This document shows, one piece after another, positions 57,700 through 64,000 of a stretch of 64,000 nt of DNA. A program made the translations under genes and the position numbers. Under the pieces are notes generated by a model that did no database searches, had not been told where the DNA came from, and saw only the letters and a list, made by a program, of their open reading frames with translations. Each line of letters starts with the position of its first letter. The stretch's first letter is position 1. The DNA lies in contig LSRY02000019.1 in assembly GCA_001643675.2 (NCBI GenBank), positions 186,001 to 250,000 of the forward strand. The letters are read 5' to 3'. The stretch comes from Monocercomonoides exilis PA203 (taxonomy: Eukaryota; Protista; Preaxostyla).

Positions 57700-60600
57700 T
57701 CATTTACTTGCGTAAATAGAATTCCAAAACTTCCAAAATAACGCTTTATCTTCCACATCCATTTCATAAACAGTTTTCAAAAACTCAGACGGGGAAATAT
57801 TAATATGATGAGAGCGTTTTCCGCGCAATGCTTCATTAATGGATTCTGCCGCCTCTGCTCGAATGCGTTTAGCTTGCTTTGCAGAGGTGCTCTGATCAAT
57901 TTGTATGTTGTGGTTTCGCAAAATCTGTATTAGAAGAGACAGAGCAGCCCGAAAAAGGAAAGTTGGATCGTCTGGGAGCAAATGATCCATAACAATTATC
58001 GATATCTCAACATTGAACGATTGAGCGAACAAGGATATGAACCATGTGTGAACAAAGTCCAATTGAATCTCCTTTGCAGTGAAGAGTGAGGCTAAAAGTT
58101 GAAGCATGGGCTAAAAATACATTCAATAAATAAACATGAAAATTTAAAAATAAAACTGGTCAAAATTAGAAGAGCAAACGTGTTTTGCTTTTGAAAGTAG
58201 ATGCAGGAAGTAGAGGTCAAGTTTGATTAAAAATTCCGAATTCATTGTAAAAAGCGACACAAAGAAAGGCGAAGAGATCAAATTACACAAAAGAGAATAA
58301 GAAGAGAAGAGGTCTCCGCCAACAGAAAACAGAGCAGCAAGGTAACTCATTCCCTGAAGGAATGGAATGGATGGGCAGCGCACAGTGAACAGCTGGAGGA
58401 GAAGACGGACTGTGTCCGTGTCAACAGAAATGTCAGGGTTAAGAGAAGAAAAGAGAGAGGTTCTTGATATATCCATGTCAATGATTGAGAATGAACGGAT
58501 TATTGCAGGAGAGGGGGTTTGTGAAAGCAGAAGATTTGGAGATTTGTAGGCGTTCTGCTCAGAAAATGAAATTGGCTGTGAAAGAGACTGGATTGGATCA
58601 TTCTCATTTGATGAAAACAAGTCATCCAAACTTTCTGAATTCTCTTTCTTTGAATCAAATTGCAAAGATTTTTCTTCAATTAGTGCAAAGCCATCGTCAT
58701 TGTGAAATTCGACAAAATCATTGGTCTGAGATAAGCATGGCAATGCTTGGCAAATGAGTGTGTTTTTTTCATTGTTAAATGCTGTCCGTGAGGGGACAAT
58801 TTCTTCAGATGAACAAGTTATTGCTGTTTCATCGGCTTGCTTTGCACATCCATCTCTGGAAGTCACTTCTTTGCAAATGTCGCAACGTTGAGATTCTTTC
58901 ATCACTTCAATTATGTTTTTCAGATCTGAATGAAGTGTAGCCCAATTAAGTTGCAGTGTGTTTGGAATTTGTTGAAGCCAAAGAGCCATGTGCTGTTGAT
59001 GACTAATTCGCGAATGGACATACAACGTTGGGGACTTTTTTTCATTTTTGCTACTTTCCTCTTTGGCTTCAACAGCACGAACTTTTTTATTCACTGACGT
59101 CTTACGTGACTCAGAGATGAAGTTAAGAGGCAGCTGAATGTCTGAATAAGAGAGTGTGCTGACAACAGGCAACACTTGCGTAGTAGTCAAGCGCATTGAA
59201 TCAGAGGCTTCAAAAAGAGGCGTTTGTGCGAACACTGTTGCCATCTCAGCAAATGAAGGAAGCAGATTCAAAAGAGACGTTGAAAGTTGAACAAGAGGAA
59301 TCTCTTTTCGTGATGATGAATGAGATGTCATCGAGTGAAAGCGGCTTTGTGAATCAGCCGAGGTTACAACCTGAAACTCATGAGACTCATCCACTGATGA
59401 CTGCAACACTCGCTGAATAGCAGCTGAAAGGCTGAAAGGAAGAGAGAAATGAGGATAGATGGTGAGCTGCTGGTGCAAAAACTGAGAGAAGACAGGAAAA
59501 GTGAGGCTTTGTAATACATTTAGAGAATCAATAAGAATCACAATAGCATCAATAATTGATTGGGGAAGTGCACATTCATGAAGATGAATTTGTTCAATTG
59601 AAGCATGCTTCTCTGATTGTTTATTGCTGCATAGAGAAGACTGAAGCAAATATGTGTTATTATCTCTCACAAAGGAATGCTTCAAAGGATAAAATGCAAA
59701 TGGAGAACATAAGAGATCGTTAATCAACATTACTATTAATTTGCTAAATTCAAAATTTGATGAATATTCTTTCAGTAATGCTACAAGTTCATGAAGAGCT
59801 GTGAGTTGATCAATGATGGGCTGAGCAATCATTGTCAAAGAAAACACTTTCATCTCCGAAGAAACATATTGTTTGGGAGAAATATCTTTTGTGAGGCAAA
59901 TTTCAGGAGGTTTTATATCCTCATTTTCAGAAAAATCAATTAAGTTTGTTATGTCCATCAGTTGTAAAGCATGAATTGTAAGCGAAACCTTCAATTTTGC
60001 CTCGATTGAAAATGAATCACCAAACAATACGCCAAAAACTATTGATGAAAGATATTTTGCAGAAGTCAGTATTGATAGCGCACCAAGAACAGAGCAAGTT
60101 GAATTGATAATGTCAACATTCTTGCAATTCAGATAAGGCAGTAGTGTGGAGCATAGCAAAGATAGAAAAGGAAGATCTAGAGACGCAGTGGACAAAGAAA
60201 TATACAATGGCTGATAATCATTTTCTCTTAATTCAACAACATCCTTCTTTAAAGATCCCTTCTCATTGGATGAAATCCACAACAAGTGTCTCTTAAATTG
60301 TTGTTGAGATCTCAAAAGATAAATAAGCCTGGATGACAAAGAGCTGTTGGAAAACCTGCTTAACAAATTGTCGAAAAGATTTTGTGCATCTTTATTGTAT
60401 GTAATGCTTGCTGACTTTTCATCATCAGCATCAAAAGAAGATGTGCCAAGAACAAATCTCATTGCATGCGGTGAAATGACCCCGATCATTAAAATGAGAG
60501 TTGTTTCAATAGCAGTTTGGATGAATTTCTTCCATTCAGAGGTGATCGTGAACAATACTGATTGAGTTGGATCCAAAGGAAATGTTGTCGTATTTTCCCA

Positions 60601-63600
60601 TTTTGTTGTATTCTTATTTAAAAGAGAGACATCAGGTAAGGCTGATGTAAGAGAAATGGTTGGAGTAGTGGTTGAAGATGGAGCATTGGCAGAGCGTATT
60701 AGTGCTTCATTCAATCTGTTAAACTCTGTTAGATTGTTATCAAAGATTGGAAGTTCTTTCATCATTGTTAGAAGTTGATACATTAGAGTAGCACAGTTGT
60801 GTTGCTGAGGCGAAAAAGAAGCCAAAGATTTCAAATAAGAAGATCGTTTTTTGTTAGTCGAGTCAGATTGTTCTTGAAATAAAGTGTTTGCTTGATCTTC
60901 TGTCAAGGGAGTTACAGGATATTCTCTGTTAAGACCCAAAAATGGAAGAAATCTTATAACTTCAGTTGCAACGATAAATCGATAGTTTTGGCAACTCGAA
61001 TAAAGCAACGACATCACTTCATTAATAGTTATTGTTGATCTGTAAGGGGAAATGTTACACAGGCAGCGAAACGCATTAAATTGCAGCGTTAAAGATGAAA
61101 GCGATGCACAGGATGATAATGACTTTACTATATGAAAAACGCATTCTTCGGCATCTGTGTGAGAACCAGAAGCAGAAAGAGAAGCATTCCGCTTTCTAAG
61201 TGAGCTTTCAACAAGACTAGTAGCTGTGAGTTGAGTTTCGACTGATATCCTTTCAATTTCTGTGCGTAGCGAAGGAAGATGAGAAATGTTATGTTGGCAG
61301 CTCCAAGCGTTATCTGAGTCTTGGAACAGTCCATCATCAACAACGTGCAATGAAAATGGAGAAGAACAGTTATCTGTTTTGGTATCTGAATGAAGGCCAT
61401 CTGAAAACTTGTGATTGCAACCGATAAACTGTTCTGAAGGATGCTCGAAACAGAAAGGAAATGGAGAAGGAGGGCTTGAACAGCACAAACAAAAGGATGG
61501 ATTGCAAAAAAGTGGTGACATTGATTCTGGGATGCTCTTTTCCTTTTCGTTTATGAGCAGAAGTTGTGTCTCTTTTGATTGAAAACTTGAATTCTGAGAT
61601 TTCCAAGAAGATGATGACTGAGGTTGTGCAGCTCTAGGAATAACATCATTCTTCGCTTTTCTTATGATTCTTTCTGATCCTTGTTTTACGCCAAAAGGAA
61701 GCAATGTTTGATTCATTGGGCTTCCAGATGGAATAGAAGCAGATGCCATTCTTGAGAAAAATGCAGGAAGAGAAAATCTTCGAGTGAGCCCATCAAGCGA
61801 ATCAACGCGTTGAAGTTGATAAGTTTGGTCAACAAATGATGAAAACGGATATCGATTTAATCCCATTGACTGAGAAATGGTTTGATGCTTTTCGGTGAAG
61901 CAGCTGATACAAGAATTGCAACTATTTTGACACCAAAAAGTTGCGTTATTCACAGCTCCATGCTCGTCATTCCAAGCTTTGAGTAGCAACCGATCAAGTT
62001 CTTCCGCACGTTGAATAGCTTCAGCATTCTCTTTTTCTTCTTCTACTTCTTCTGGCGACACATACTCAAAAGATGGATCTCCTCTCATCAGAGTAAGTTC
62101 TCCAATGGCAGACACAATTTCATCCATTGAATCATTTGATGGTTCACTTTGGCTTGTTGAAAAGGCAGATTCTGGAGATGTTGAAAAAGAACTGACTGAT
62201 TGAATGAGAGGAGAATTAGTTGTTCGGGACAAGTCTGGTTGAGGTGGTGTAAGTAGGTTTTGAGGACTTATTTTTGGAGTTAGCGAATTATCCTTCTGTC
62301 TCTGACTCTTATCATTTGAGAAATATGTTTGCTGCTTTGATGCTTCTGACAGGATCTCGTATATTTCGATATCTTCTGTTTCGAGTAAATCTCGAAGTTT
62401 GGAATTGTTGTGCTCTTGTTTTTTATAAATATAACCTTCTGTATCCTCATTAAAATACTCAGATAAATTGCCATAACTTGAATCATTTTTCTGATTGCAA
62501 TATGTCACTAATTCTCCATCTGTTTTTGGAAACGCACTTTTTGCCCAGTTCAGAAAGTGAACAACTGTTTGTGAGACAGTCACGTCCATAACTCCCAAAG
62601 CAGACAAAAGACGAAGTTGAAGACATATTGCAGCAACTGACGAAAACGGAGGTGGTGTTGATGAATACTCAAGAGACGTACTGCGAAGAGTTGGTACAGA
62701 TGCAAAATCAGAAGAATTACCTTTGCTTGCAGTCACTTTGATGTCAGTTCGATCTGATAGAGCAGAAGATGTCTGTTGACTTTGTTCAGAAGTGACATTT
62801 GATTGGGAGCTGAAAACACTTCTTGGTAGGGCAATACGCGGAAGATGCGACCCTATCAAAGGCGGAGAAGGGCAAAGTTGTGGTGATATATTCGGAGATG
62901 GAGAACAAGAAACCTTATTAGAAGAAGATGGTTTTGAATATTGAAAGAAATGATCAGTATTCAAAGAAGGTTGTAAAATCTTTTCTGAATCTGCACTGGT
63001 AAACATTATCCTCCAGTTCAAACTGCGTTCAAGCCTGGAGCACAAAGTATGTGCAAAAGATGTTAAAAGGTATTTGCATTGGAAAGATCGTAAGACTGTT
63101 ACGCACACAACAAGAAGTTGTTCTGGTGAAGAATCGTCTGCAATCCAAGAAGCAGCAACAGAGATGAGAGAGCTAACCAAAAGAAGAGCATCCAACGACG
63201 ATGGAACAGGAAATGCTGATTGCTGATTCTTGTTTGATTGAGCAAATCCAACAGGAGATAATGGAGGCAGTGAAGTAAATTGAGATGCATCTTGCGAAAT
63301 AGATTGATTCATCAGTGGCGAGTTTGATGTTGCTGGTGATGAAAAAGTTGGTGAAACTGAATTTATCACATTCCATGAGGGAGAGGGGGATGCAGAAGGA
63401 GAAGCAGGGTATTTCTTTTTGTGCATGAACAAAGGATCAGAAAGATTATGAAGCTCGCGAAGCACATAATTTCGAGTCATCATCGTGAAAAATGGATTTG
63501 ACTGTGAACTTGCTTGATCCACAACTCCAAATTCTCCAAAATAGATTTTGGAATCTTTCACAGAAGATTGAGGAGTTGTGTTATTTGAGAATATCTGCGA

Positions 63601-63966
63601 AAGAATGAAAAGGTTTGATTGAACAAAACAATAAGGAACAGAAATGATATATCTTCCTTGCTTTTCTTCTGTTTCATCGCGTATTTGCATCGAATCTGCA
63701 AATTCGTAAGATTTTGTAACGTTTTCATTAAGCTTGGCAATAATATCATAATATCCAATAAATGCAGGATGGCTCAAAAGAATGCTTTGAATGGCATTAA
63801 TAGCGTTGGCTATGGTTATGTAGCTAACAGCTGGAAGAGAACTCATCCTTTGTTTTGATGAATTAAGTTGTGATTGCACAGGCTGTTGTTGATCCAACCT
63901 TTGAGAAGAATGATAAAGAATTCTTGGTGCTTGGAGTATATGTGCATCTTTTTGGTCTTCCTCCAT
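57700..63966 (-). CDS. TBC-domain Rab GTPase-activating protein (~2050 aa)
   Basis: R-finger motif IIDMDISRT and Q-finger motif FLQGMSYLAA. The last exon has WFISLFA...MDHLL...FLFRAALSLL. A phase-0 intron lies between KAKH and PMLQ. Confidence 0.88.
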
Positions 63967-64000
63967 TTTTCCGCAGGTGAAGGTTGTAGAATCTCTTTTA

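Overview
Eukaryotic, AT-rich, intron-containing genomic DNA using the standard code. The gene families (GGG/FxxC beta-helix surface proteins, the 'EEKNEKL..DLCEC' multicopy family, the 'ECLRWKAPELL' pseudokinase tail) point to the oxymonad Monocercomonoides (likely M. exilis). This is an inference from recalled family signatures. The first 13 kb is a transposon graveyard: (1) a decayed intron-containing DDE_Tnp_4 (PIF/Harbinger/ISL2EU-type) transposase hit by two different MITEs, each removable in frame; (2) a 1545-aa surface protein; (3) a full-length but dead DD35D pogo/Fot-like element with TA flanks. The rest is gene-dense. It holds a giant TFIIB/BRF-family factor, a secreted protein of the plant At1g70160-like family (possible permuted papain-like amidase), tRNA-Cys(GCA), PCID2, coiled-coil and ARM-like proteins, a 2210-aa R2R3-Myb protein and an orphan pseudokinase fragment. 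It also holds two nested MITEs, an EF-hand protein with a small domain resembling a phage head-protein module, a very large low-complexity protein and a ~2050-aa TBC Rab-GAP. The recurring theme is long Ser/Pro-rich insertions inside otherwise conserved folds. All alignments and gene models were done by eye.
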